Made by a program: the position numbers and the translations under genes
Shown: positions 23,473 to 35,420 of the stretch, piece by piece
How the letters are laid out: every line of letters starts with the position of its first letter
Position numbering within the stretch: the stretch's first letter is position 1
The notes under the pieces: model-generated
Database searches by the model: none
Seen by the model: the letters and a program-made list of their open reading frames with translations, nothing else
Told to the model about the DNA's origin: nothing
NCBI GenBank assembly: GCA_040285855.1
Contig: JAUFOQ010000002.1
Coordinates: 1,550,001 to 1,614,000 of the forward strand
From: Eukaryota sp. GEM-RC1
Taxonomy: Eukaryota
Direction: 5' to 3'
DNA length: 64,000 nucleotides

Positions 23473-24812
23473 TTACGCTGATCGGATATTTCTTGGACAA
23501 TCTTTACGTAAATGACCGACTTGTTTACACTTTCCACATGGTGCTTTACATGTCTTTTGGAAGTGACCTAAAAGCAGACAGTTCTTACACACTGCTTTCT
23601 TCTTTGGAACTACCTCTTTGTTTTGAATACCATGATCTTTGGGTTCATCAATAGATGTGTTAGCAGCTGGAGGTAACAGAGGTTCACTTATGCTCTGCAA
23701 TGCTTGTTCAAGATGTTTCCTCGTTCTCATCTTCTGGACAGCTGTGTAAGAAGTCCAATTCTTGTACAAGATATCGATCACATCTTCTTCATCATCTTGT
23801 TGTTCACTAGCATCACATTCCAGGCACCAATGGTTGTGAAATGCTTCCAGACTTAATCGCTTTCGTACTTGCAGAAGTTCATGGGCACAGGGTATACCGT
23901 ATACTCTTCGTTGATATCCTTGACAAATAAGTTCATCACTTCCTGGATCCTCTTCCTCAACCTCTTGAAGTCTTTGCATTTTCTTAAATCTGTCATGTAC
24001 CATTGCAAGAGCATACTGTGGATTCTTTGCCGTGTAGTTTGTTGAAGATCGGATCTCTCACTGTCTTTACTAACCGACATTGTTTTTCCCTTTCTATGTC
24101 AACACGCCTTTCTTCTGTGGATCTCAACATTACTTCAATAGCCCGTTCTGATGCTTCCAGGAGAGTCATATTACTCATCTTCTGATTCTTCAACGTTGCA
24201 TGAGATCCTTCAACTCTTTGACTTGTATATGATCCAAAGTGAGTGAATTCATCTACCCAACATTTTCCAAAATACCGTCGCAGAGGGATCCATTGAGATG
24301 TGATGTACGCAACAGCAGCATCAAAGTCCGGAATTGACTGCGATTTCTCAGTCAAGTTACTCAATCTCCAGTTAAACTCTTCTTCACAACTGGAATTTAC
24401 CACATTAGTCCATAAATACCATTCGATTTTTTTAGAGAACTGTGACCATCCTTTTTTCTGCATATGTGATCTTTTGTTGCAACATTGCGAATGATCTAGT
24501 AACATAACATTTGATCCACGTCTGGCCAGACGTGGGTCATTCTCCAGCAGCCTTTATCAAAGCTTTGTCTGCATCAGTACAGACTACTTTTGGGCGACAT
24601 CCCATAACTTCATCAAGCGTGTTTAAAATCCAACGGAAATCCATCGTTGCTTCCTTAGCAATAAAGGCATATGCAATATGGAAAGTTCGCATACAGCAGT
24701 CAATTCCAACAACTGACATCAATGGCAACTGATGCTTGTTAGTGCCGTAAGTACAGTCCATAATAACAATTGAATTGAATTTCTTAAACATATTAATATA
24801 TGAAATACCTGC
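23473..24812 (-). pseudogene. Mutator-like (MULE) transposase remnant
   Basis: MDCTYGTNKHQLPL...AYAFI..E...W...TDADKAL (MULE); TSQRVEGSHATLK; SWIM GIPCAH; two CCHC knuckles; frameshifts and stops. Confidence 0.9.
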
Positions 24813-24844
24813 TACAGTCAAAACCATACTTGTGGATCACAAAC

Positions 24845-25304
24845 CAGGGCCTGGAAAAATTGAATTGCCAATACAATTATTTCAATACATTGGTATGAAA
24901 CATTGATTGATATAATGTTCAAACATTGCAACATTGGTCAATTATATTTTGCGAATTATCCTATTTCACTCACCACTACAAACCGCAATACCAATATGCA
25001 GCTGATGTAGATAGTCGTTTTAACATGTTCTTTAAGAACAAAATACATAACTTGTATGATTTGGCTGTTCTACTAGTAGTAGCAGTGGTAATACTTGAAA
25101 CATTGGACCAATATCAAACATTGAAACATCGTTTCGACCAATATCTAACATTCAAACATTGATTGGGCCGATATCTAACATTCAAACATTGATTGGTTTC
25201 TTTTGAAAAATTGAAATATTGATTGGTTCAATTTGAGACATTGACATTGCCATTGGATAAATACCAATCATTGACATTGGCAATCAATTCAATTTTTCCA
25301 GGCC
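24845..25304. mobile_element. MITE (hAT-like), right end clipped
   Basis: TIR GGCCTGGAAAAATTGAATTG at both ends; aacattga/caat subterminal repeats. Confidence 0.75.
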
Positions 25305-25863
25305 AGCTAGAGTGTGATCACATCACTTGTGATTCATATATGATCCATACTTAAGTGAAGTCATTAATATAATACATGTATGTGCTAAACCTAGACCAGT
25401 TTTAGGTGTTCAACAACACTCTAAAGTGTAGAGCACCAGTTTAGAGTCTAATCTGGTGCTCGAAACCTATATTTACATTTCCAAACAATGTCATTACTTC
25501 CTTTTCTCAAATCCGATTGTAACAAGGACAATCCGGTTTACCAGCCTGTGAAAGTTCGTGAAAACACATCAGGTAAGGAAGACTTTCAATGTCAAGGGTG
25601 CTATAAGATATCAAACAATAATATATTTTACCACAAAACTTACTACTTCCGAAGTCATTAATTTGGCTGTCCATCAATGGTGGTACTCTGTTGGTAGACA
25701 GCTTAATCCACAGTTGAGTCAATTAGCTCAATGAATTACAGGTCATACTGGTTCAGCATCTACAACAGAAAGGAATTGGTCTTCATTTGACTTCCAGGTG
25801 TCCAAAAGAAGGTTGAAATTGACCAACGATCATTTGGATGATATGATGATTATTCATTTTAAT

Positions 25864-27562
25864 CAGTGTTATCAATTTTCAGAATGCGCCAAATGCGTCA
25901 AATGCGCGCATTTTGCGCATTTGACGCATTTTGACGCCTTTTACGCATTTGGGATTTTGTGATCTTGCGCATTTTAACTTTGAGATTTTTTTGAACTTTT
26001 TCTGTTGTTGTGCTTCTGTATAAGTCTCTATATACAATAACAGTGATGTTGATTTCAAAACGGTGTTTTGCAGTACCTCCTTCGTTGGACAAATGCAAAG
26101 TTGTATTGTATACAACTCAATGAACATTCTTTTGATATCACAATGTCAATTGGTATAAAATCAGTGAAGTAAGTGGGATTCAACCAAAACTTTTGATCAA
26201 AAATCTGTTACATATACCCATATTTACGAACAATGTAAATCGATACAAAACCATAAACGGTTAATATTGTATAAAATACTGAATGAAATGTGGTTTAAAG
26301 ACCATTTATTAAGACACCAACGTCCACTGTTTGTCCTTAAACACATTTTCTGTATAGAGTATGTGATCAACAGTAACAGTTGTTTAATGAGATTGGTCAA
26401 TGAGAAGAGGATGTGCGTTTTCGAGCTCTCAACTCAACTTAAAGACTTACAACGAGTTCTGAACACAGTTTTGAACAAGAAAACATTACGTCGTCCTCGG
26501 TACAAAGTGTTGTTTCAAACGATTAGTTCCAGTGACGGACTGGTGGACACAATGATGACAATGAACTGTAGCTTCTGATACAACAGAACCTTTGGAAGGA
26601 GATTGCTATACAATTGTAGCATGATGCCAAATGATGTCGGATTTTGATACATCTCGTAACGGGCATGGAATATAGAGAATTACGAGTCTAGGTACATGTA
26701 TCAAAATGACCGAAAAGATTTTTATTTATGGGCAGGGATGGGAAATATTGAATTTCCAATCCAATATTGCCAATCAATATCAATATATATTGATTGATCC
26801 ACTATTTTTCAATATCAATATATTGCCAATATTGCCAATACAATATGTGTTAAATAAACAACAAATTTACTTCTTCTTCCCTTACATGCCTGACAAAAAA
26901 GTCGTTTGTGGGGTCTTTTATATCCTTCAGTCAACAATTGACAGCCAGGAAACCTAGAAATGTGTGTGTAGAGAGATTTGAAAACGAAAAACTTAGAGTT
27001 CATTCCTGCAACTTCTGTTGAAGTGGAAGGATTATTTTCTCTCATTAAGCTTTGTGTGGGCGAAAATCGATTTTGTTTATCGTCAGAAACACTTGAGCAA
27101 TAGTTATGGTTGCACCACAATCGAAGTCTTTGGGATGTGAAAACTATTCGAAGTGCTTGCCAACCCCACAGATGAAATCGTTGATGGAGATGGAGTTTAG
27201 ACTATTTGTACGCAACAAATTGTTGCATTATTTTTGTAGTATAACATTTAGATAAGTTTTGCATTTGATATCTTTTCTGTACTACTAGTAGTAGTACTGT
27301 CTGTCTGTACTGTCCCATTTCTTTAATTTAAGTGTATTATCTATACAATCTATAAATATTGCAATATTGGCAATATATTGGAGCCAATACTGTATTGATT
27401 GGTGAGCTGTTTTCCAATTCCAATATATTGCCAATCCAATATTTCCTATCCCTGTTTATGGGGTGTCTCCAGTTCGAAATCAAAATGCGCACGTAAAATG
27501 CGCGCATTTGGCGCATTTTGACGCATTTCATTTCTGGAAAAAGTGCGCATTTGACAACACTG
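25864..27562. mobile_element. non-autonomous hAT element
   Basis: TIR CAGTGTT(A/G)TCAA; TSD ATTTTAAT on both sides; AAATGCG/CGCATTT subterminal repeats. Confidence 0.9.
26733..27454 (+). mobile_element. non-autonomous hAT element nested in 25864-27562
   Basis: TIR CAGGGAT(G/A)GGAAATATTG; TSD TTTATGGG; IPATSVEVEGLFS remnant. Confidence 0.9.
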
Positions 27563-28875
27563 ATTTTAATACTCCTCTTCTAAAACAAGAACCCAAACAT
27601 TTGAATCTCGGTATTCTCAACTAAATACTTGAGACCAAATCTAGAGTGGGGGATGTTCTTTTGGATGTGGAAATGTGGGCATCAAACAGAGAAGATTCTT
27701 TAGTGTTGTTGGCAGACGAAGAACAACCGGCAGATACAATGGATGTTGTAGCAAATGTTGATTTGAGAGGTGCTTTTGACGACATCACAGATGACGATGA
27801 TGGTAAAGAGGACATTGGAGAAGCTTTTGTGATCGATTGTATACTAGTATCATTATTATCAACTTTATTTTTGCCAATAAACAGTATTTGTAATCACAAT
27901 TTGTGATTGTGATCACATGTGATCGTGTGATGTGGTTGTGATTGTGATCACACTGACAAAACGAGTGTGATCAACAAGTATGGTCAAAACTGTTTATAGC
28001 GGGACTATAAGTTCCTACGCTATATAGAGTTTCACGCTATATAGAATAAACGCACTGTGCAGCTCCAATCTCAACAATGGGTGTTTAATTCAAGAAGATC
28101 TAGAAAGAACAAAGTATGGGTCAATCAAATATCCATATCGTGGGCATAACTACATGGGATGAGAAGGAAGAATGGACAAAACTAGAATCTGGTAAATATT
28201 TTGAACCGAATTCAAGAAATAGATAGGGAATTTCCAGTGGAGTAACTTCATTCTGACCCTATTTGGACATGAAAGAGTGAAGAAGAGACATGATCATCTC
28301 GCTTCAACTCAAAGTACGGAAAACACCAGGCGTGTTTGAACACGGTGTTCAGTGTGAACGTGTTCTGAACGTGTTGTATTTTTTTGAAGGGGTTATTGCG
28401 GTGTTTTTAGTTGTTGATAGTTTCATGCTGTTGTATGAAAATAGTCTCAAATATACGAATTCTTTACTACATAAAAGGTGGCGAGAACAAATAAGAACTC
28501 TTTGGAGTCGTAATTGATAGTCAGTAATTGAACGCCATAAAAGTTATCCACCAACGTAGTTAGCGTTCCAAGAAATTTGAGATACACACTTGACAATTGG
28601 TGGGTTACTAAAACTGAGTCTCCAAATTGTTCAAGATGAAATGTGCTTCAATTTACAGGAACACTGCAACTCATGCTTGGATTTGGCAGCAAATCACTGT
28701 GTCTTGTACATAAATGTCTTTTCTTTACACTCACAATGCATCTAAAATAACAGTGGCCAGTAATGATACGGTTGAAAATGTTGTCGGACATTTTTAAAGA
28801 GAGTATTGGATGAAAAGTTTGTGTGGTTGGGTGGCGGTGTTGTTGTGGTGTTCAACACGGTGTTGAGGGTGAACG

Positions 28876-30078
28876 CAGGCTTGTCACTTGATAAAAAACG
28901 TTTAAAACGTATTTTGAAAAAAACGACGTTTTTTATTCTTGTCAACGTTTTTTATATTCTGGATTGACACAAAAAGCACGACTTTCTACTCCACTTTTGT
29001 CTTAATATGGTAGATGTTATTTTATGTTTGTTGTTTCTGACCAAGCAAGACTGAAACAAGGCAATCATATTTGTTGGTGACACTATTGCTCTTACAGTGT
29101 ATGCTCTTTGGTTCTGTATCTGAGTAAAACAGCCTTCAGGTACACTCAAACAGTGTTCTTGTTGCATATACCCCGTTATCTTCCCGTCCTGACCACGTGA
29201 TCATCGTTAGATGAGCACTGTACTTCATCTCCATAGTGTTATGCTTCCAATCTCAAAAGAACATAGCTGCAATGATCGAACTATGGAAGATTTGGTTGAT
29301 GAAAATGAAGTGAGAAAAAAGTGAAAAGTTGAAAAAGTTGATCTGCCCTTTTTGAACGTTTTTTATTAAATTCGAAAAAACGTAAAAAACATAGTTGTGG
29401 ATACCTAAATTCGAGGTATTTCGGTAGGTATTAGGTATTGAGGTAGGTATTAGGTATTTTCATGTCTCATATTGGAGATACCTGTTGCTACCAAAAGTAC
29501 CCTTCTAATGCTACATTTAAATAGTATTAATTTTGTTTATTACATTCATTTGGATTAATCAAGTTTTCTATTTTTGAACAAATGGATACATTGCACGTGT
29601 TCTAAGTCAACACCAGATTAAAACTGTTTGTTGAATTATTGCCAATCTTCTCTTTGAATCTTCTTTTCCCAAAAAAAGGACACTTTTTTGCTACCATTAG
29701 GCAATCTTCTAAGAACCATTGTGGAAGCTTGACACAGCCAAGATTATCAAGAAAGAACTTGTGGATATCAGGTGTAATGGGTGTCAACCATATGGATGGA
29801 CTATGTGGAAGAAAAACAAGACGCATCGACGAGTAATATAGTTTGTAGCACTGTATACTGTTGAGTGAGATGTTTGTACAACAGGTTATATAATTTAGCT
29901 TCGATAATGTGTTCAATCATTTTTCTGGGTATTCAGGTATCAGGCTGAGGTATTCGGTATTTTGGTATTTTGGTAGGTATTAGGTATTCTTTTTATTGGG
30001 ATATAGGTATCCACAACTATGGTAAAAAACGATAAAAACCGTCGTTTTTTATTTTTGATCAACGTTTTTACAAGCCTG
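28876..30078. mobile_element. hAT-like MITE (middle of triple nest)
   Basis: TIR CAGGCTTGT; TSD GGTGAACG on both sides; AAAACG subterminal repeats. Confidence 0.88.
29390..30021. mobile_element. hAT-like MITE (innermost of triple nest)
   Basis: TIR CATAGTTGTGGATACCTA; TSD GTAAAAAA; GGTATT subterminal repeats. Confidence 0.9.
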
Positions 30079-30841
30079 GGTGAACGTGTTCTGAACGTGT
30101 TGTAACCGGATGAACACGTGTTTTTAGGTACTATGCTTCAACCTATGATGACATGATTCATTTTCCAATCATCTGCCTAGGTACGTTGTATCATCCTCCT
30201 CTCTGAGTAGTTAGAGTGATACATCTCTAGATACTACGAGAACGGATCTACATCTTCCATCGCCCCTTCTATTTCCCTATCAATTTGGGTTTGTTCTTTG
30301 GCTTCATGGTTGTTCTGTATAGTTTCTTGTCAGTTCTCCCCATAAACACGATTCAATAAGGTTGTTTATCATAAATATATCTTCCGTCTATGTCTACGTT
30401 ATAGCGTTGGTTTAGACCATGTGTTATGTTCTTTTAGGGAACTCTTTTGGAGAGTATGGAGGGTTGCTAGATAAAAAAGTTCTTGTGGTACGTCAATCAA
30501 CATCCTACAGGGTTTTGATGGAGGAGTTACATTTGTTAGAAGCTGTAACACCAAAGATAATCTGAAATGAGCAAGATATGAAAGGGATGATGTTGACGAG
30601 GCAGATAAGACGGGGAGTGTCAGGGGTATCAAAGGAAATATGTCCGGTATATGTGAAGTCAAGAAAGAAGGTAATACATCTTCAAGTTGCTGATCAAAAG
30701 GTGTTCTCAGAATGAACGCCAGTAATACGACAGTTTATTACCAAAGAGAACTACTGATAGAGGCGACAGACTGGACGTCATATGGGAAAAAGAGTAGGAA
30801 AATGTCGGACCATGAAAAGTGCACCCACTGTGCTTTTCAAC

Positions 30842-32001
30842 TAGGGCTGTTATTGGGAGATGGGAGTTTCTCCCACTCCCAACACGTGTTCTCCCACTAC
30901 CACTCCCACCTCCCACTTGTCATAGGTGAGACTCCCACTCCCACTCCCACTCCCAACAAATTCTCCCAACTCCCATTTTTGTATCTTCTAGTACAATGAC
31001 ACTTTACTTTATAAACATAACAATCACTAACTCTATCTCTGATTCATGAACAACTCTCTCATCTCCCGACCTTTGAACCATGATTTCAAACAAAGGACTA
31101 CTTCAATAGAATCACTACTCAAGGAAGCTCGTAACTTCGTAACAACACACCCTGCCTGAGAAAATAACTGTTCACTTGGAACTGATGAGGCTTGTGTTGT
31201 CATAAAGTTCTTAGCATACAATGTATGCGGATAGTCGTGAATACCTGTTGAAACACAACACATTTTGTATTTTAAACCAAATTCAGTAATAATTTCTTCC
31301 ACAGCATCGGCAATGTTGATGGCAGTGTGGTTTTCTTTCAAGTGCTTAAAACCGTGGACGTACATTGTAAATGTTTAAATTCCAGTCTTCAATACAGTGA
31401 ACTGTTACCCCATTAAAATGCTTGTTTGTATTCGATGTCCATCTATCAATCCTAATAGATACTTTAGAAGAATTACACACATTTTTGAATTTATCTATCA
31501 AGTATCCTTTAAATGACTCATAAACATTCAACATATCATTTCTTATCGTGGTTCTTTTTGGAATTTTGAAACTGAAAGAGAGGAAACAAATTCAATAAAA
31601 TCAGGATGTTTAAACAGACCAGAGTTTTCAGGATCTTCAGATAAATCAAGCGATGACATTGGTTGAAATTTACAGATAAACAACCACGCTCTTTATAAAA
31701 CGAAAATAAATAAAACAAAACAAAGACAGTAAAAATGTAATACACCTAGTCCTATTAATATTCTAGAAAAATTATAACTGTATTTGTCTAGCTAGCTTGT
31801 TTCTGTTTTAAATTGAAGTTAGAGTTGTGTCTGTAAATGGGAGATGGGAGATTTTGAGAGTTCCCACCTCCCAACGGAGAGCTCCCACTCCCACTCCCAC
31901 TCCCAAAAATTGCTACTGAAGCTCCCACTCCCACTCCCAAGGGTCATGGGAGATGGGAGTTGGGTGGGAGTTGGGAGAAATGGGAGAAATTGACAGCCCT
32001 A
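30842..32001 (-). mobile_element. non-autonomous hAT element, CTCCCA family, copy 1
   Basis: TIR TAGGGCTGT; TSD TTTTCAAC; internally deleted transposase (DRWTS...VTVHC; HTAINI; ASSVPSEQLFSQAG...RASL...LKSW). Confidence 0.95.
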
Positions 32002-33111
32002 TTTTCAACTGAAATGCATATTTCACAACTTTCTTACAGCTCTTTCCCACAGACTTTTCACATGAAAATGCCTTCATATCCGTCTCTTCCTTCCAGTGTC
32101 TCTGTATTAGTGTGTCCAAACTCATAATCCTTGACGCTCCTGACTCCTTCAAACTGGTATACACTTTTGACATGATCAATGCCAAACATTACATGTCAGT
32201 CTTGTTACTTGTAAACCTAAGAGCTGCATGAAACTACTTATGACTAGATAACAACCATCTTGGGTTCTTACGTGGTAAGCCAATTTCTCTATTTCCTTTG
32301 TGTGTAGTCCCGAGTTATCGAAGCTCTGTGTATACCAGACATGTGTGATCGTTTTATTAGGTAACCGTATGTTTATTCTCAATAAATAGCTAGTGCTGAA
32401 AGTACCATAGTCTAACACCATCTTACAGATATCATATGAAGAACAGTGGTTCATGAACTGATCACGGACACTGTACACCCACGTAAATAACGGAAAACAA
32501 AGTCATGACTCATGAGTGGTCATGTTATGTTCAACTCAGATGTGGGTATATTCTGTAGAACGAAGATCTGTTTATTGATTAACCCAGGATCGTCGAAAGT
32601 GTTGATCCTTGTCCTTGTCTGAAGTTCCTAGTTAATTCGTAAACCAGAAGTCTTTTCGAAAGATCCCTTAAGAGAGAACCGTGATTGATCGATGGAAGCT
32701 GTTGGGTGTCTCTGACTAACAGATTCTCCCCGCATATGCACTGAATGAAGATCTAACTAGCGGTAGATACAAAGATACAAAATGTGATGTCCGCGACGCA
32801 ACAAGCATAGAACATGTGAAGAGTAGGAGCTTGCGCAGGAGTATAAATATCACCTATCTCGACCATCAAACGGTGACATAAACGTGTCATGAAGACAGGA
32901 ATGCTGTGAAATCCGAAGATATCAAGGAGTATAATGGACGGCGTCTAGGAAGAATCCACAGCATCAGTATGATAAAGCCATGAATATGTCTAAACAGTGC
33001 GTACTTCTGTATCTTCACTCGCGTGATGTGTTAGAGTGAAGAGATCTACGTCAGGATCGCAGAGAAGGTCTAAAGATCGAGCCAAGCAGAAAATGATCTG
33101 TGTGAAATAAT

Positions 33112-34281
33112 TAGGGCTGTTAATGGGAGATGGGAGTTTCTCCCACTCCCAACACGTGTTCTCCCACTACCACTCCCACCTCCCACTTGTCATAGGTGAG
33201 ACTCCCACTCCCACTCCCACTCCCAACAAATTCTCCCAACTCCCACCCAACTCCCATTTTTGTATCTTCTAGTACAATGACACTTTACTTTATAAACATA
33301 ACAATCACTAACTCTATCTCTGATTCATGAACAACTCTCTCATCTCCCGACCTTTGAACCATGATTTCAAACAAAGGACTACTTCAATAGAATCACTACT
33401 CAAGGAAGCTCGTAACTTCGTAACAACACACCCTGCCTGAGAAAATAACTGTTCACTTGGAACTGATGAGGCTTGTGTTGTCATAAAGTTCTTAGCATAC
33501 AATGTATGCGGATAGTCGTGAATACCTGTTGAAACACAACACATTTTGTATTTTAAACCAAATTCAGTAATAATTTCTTCCACAGCATCGGCAATGTTGA
33601 TGGCAGTGTGGTTTTCTTTCAGGTGCTTAAAACCGTGGACGTACATTGTAAATGTTTAAATTCCAGTCTTCAATACAGTGAACTGTTACCCCATTAAAAT
33701 GCTTGTTTGTATTCGATGTCCATCTATCAATCCTAATAGATACTTTAGAAGAATTACACACATTTTTGAATTTATCTATCAAGTATCCTTTAAATGACTC
33801 ATAAACATTCAACATATCATTTCTTATCGTGGTTCTTTTTGGAATTTTGAAACTGAAAGAGAGGAAACAAATTCAATAAAATCAGGATGTTTAAACAGAC
33901 CAGAGTTTTCAGGATCTTCAGATAAATCAAGCGATGACATTGGTTGAAATTTACAGATAAACAACCACGCTCTTTATAAAACGAAAATAAATAAAACAAA
34001 ACAAAGACAGTAAAAATGTAATACTCCTAGTCCTATTAATATTCTAGAAAAATTATAACTGTATTTGTCTAGCTAGCTTGTTTCTGTTTTAAATTGAAGT
34101 TAGAGTTGTGTCTGTAAATGGGAGATGGGAGATTTTGGGAGTTCCCACCTCCCAACGGAGAGCTCCCACTCCCACCCCACTCCCAAAAATTGCTACTGAA
34201 GCTCCCACTCCCACTCCCAAGGGTCATGGGAGATGGGAGTTGGGTGGGAGTTGGGAGAAATGGGAGAAATTGACAGCCCTA
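33112..34281 (-). mobile_element. non-autonomous hAT element, CTCCCA family, copy 2
   Basis: Near-identical to copy 1; TSD GAAATAAT. Confidence 0.95.
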
Positions 34282-34532
34282 GAAATAATACAATGTGGGG
34301 AAATTGGAAAAGTCCCACAAATGCACTTAAAAAAATTTCACAGCAGATGCTATTATACAGTTTTGATTGTACAAACAAATGATCGACGTTACCACCTTAA
34401 GATGAAAGGAAAAAGCCATTGATAATAGCTCTAGGCTTTATTGATAAGTAAAGGGGAGATGTGAGAGTTTTATGTCGCAAGTTGACAAATCTTGTGTCCT
34501 AGTCCTGCTAGTCAGGTCTGGTGGATCACAAC

Positions 34533-35363
34533 TAGGGCTCCCAATTCACCCGGGTGGGGTCACCCCACCCTCAATCTTTGAGAATCACCCGGGGTGACCC
34601 CAAACCTAACACCGGGTGAAGTCACCCGCTTCACCCGGCTCACCCATGAAAAGTATAAACTAGTACTCGTAATAAAATATGAAATATGTTATATATTCAA
34701 ACAATTAACATAAGAACTTAATGATGTTTCTAATAATTAAACAATGATTGTTCAACAATAAAAGCTAGTCTTGAGAAGGTTCTGGAAATCTTTTCAACAT
34801 CTCATCGGTCAGTTTTTCACCCATATCCAAGCCAGGAACAACGCCACTCCAACATTTTAAGCAGACTCGTGCTCGCAGTGATTCATCAGTAAGTGATGCT
34901 CTTTGCAGAAGAAACCCATCCAGTCGGACGTGGAAGTTTTGTGACAGTGAAGGGGGGTGAAGGTGAAGTCAGGTTAAATCGTAACACGCCATCCTTGTTA
35001 CGTAGAGTACTAGACATTAATGGTTAGGAAAGTACAAGTAAAAATAATTTGTACAAAAGTCTTACTGTTTATGTAAGAATTGTTTCTACTGTGATTTTGA
35101 TTTTGTGTATTGATGCAACTAGATATTAAAACTGGACAAAAATAAAATACTGTATAATGTAAATAAAGCCAAGAATACAACATGAATCACTCATGTATGA
35201 ATTCATGTTTCAATAAAATGGAAAATCACCCGGGTCACCCCACCCCAAGGCTAAATCGACCCCGGGTCACCCCAGACTTCTTTGATGGGTGACATCACCC
35301 GGGTGGGGTGAACCCGACCCGGTGAATATTTTGTCACCCGGGTGGGGTGAATTGGGAGCCCTA
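34533..35363 (-). mobile_element. non-autonomous hAT element (CACCCGGG family)
   Basis: TIR TAGGGCTCCCAATTCACCC; TSD ATCACAAC; RASLTDESLRARVCLKCW remnant. Confidence 0.93.
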
Positions 35364-35420
35364 ATCACAACTATACAAATCCCGATCGATCAAAACAAAT
35401 GTTCTCAAGATTTTCCTACC

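Larger units (their letters stand above)
24825..27982. mobile_element. hAT-like element with nested insertions, itself inserted in a pogo-type MITE end
   Basis: TIR CATACTTGT(G)GATCAC; 8-bp TSD GTCAAAAC at 24817-24824 and 27983-27990; removal restores tacagtcaaaactgtttatagcg, also seen inverted at ~58497-58518. Confidence 0.8.
28310..30135. mobile_element. older hAT-like MITE (outer shell of a triple nest)
   Basis: Imperfect TIR CA(A/T)AGTAC..AAAA; TSD CTTCAAC(T/C) 7/8; gaacgtgtt subterminal repeats. Confidence 0.7.

Noticed and set aside
30870..30975. Telomere-like (ACTCCC)n repeats
   Set aside because: They are subterminal repeats inside a TSD-bounded hAT element and occur at both ends of all three copies
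30143..33110. Host genes in the ORFs flanking hAT copies 1 and 2
   Set aside because: Short, stop-ridden frames with no recognisable motif; probably decayed mobile DNA but not assignable
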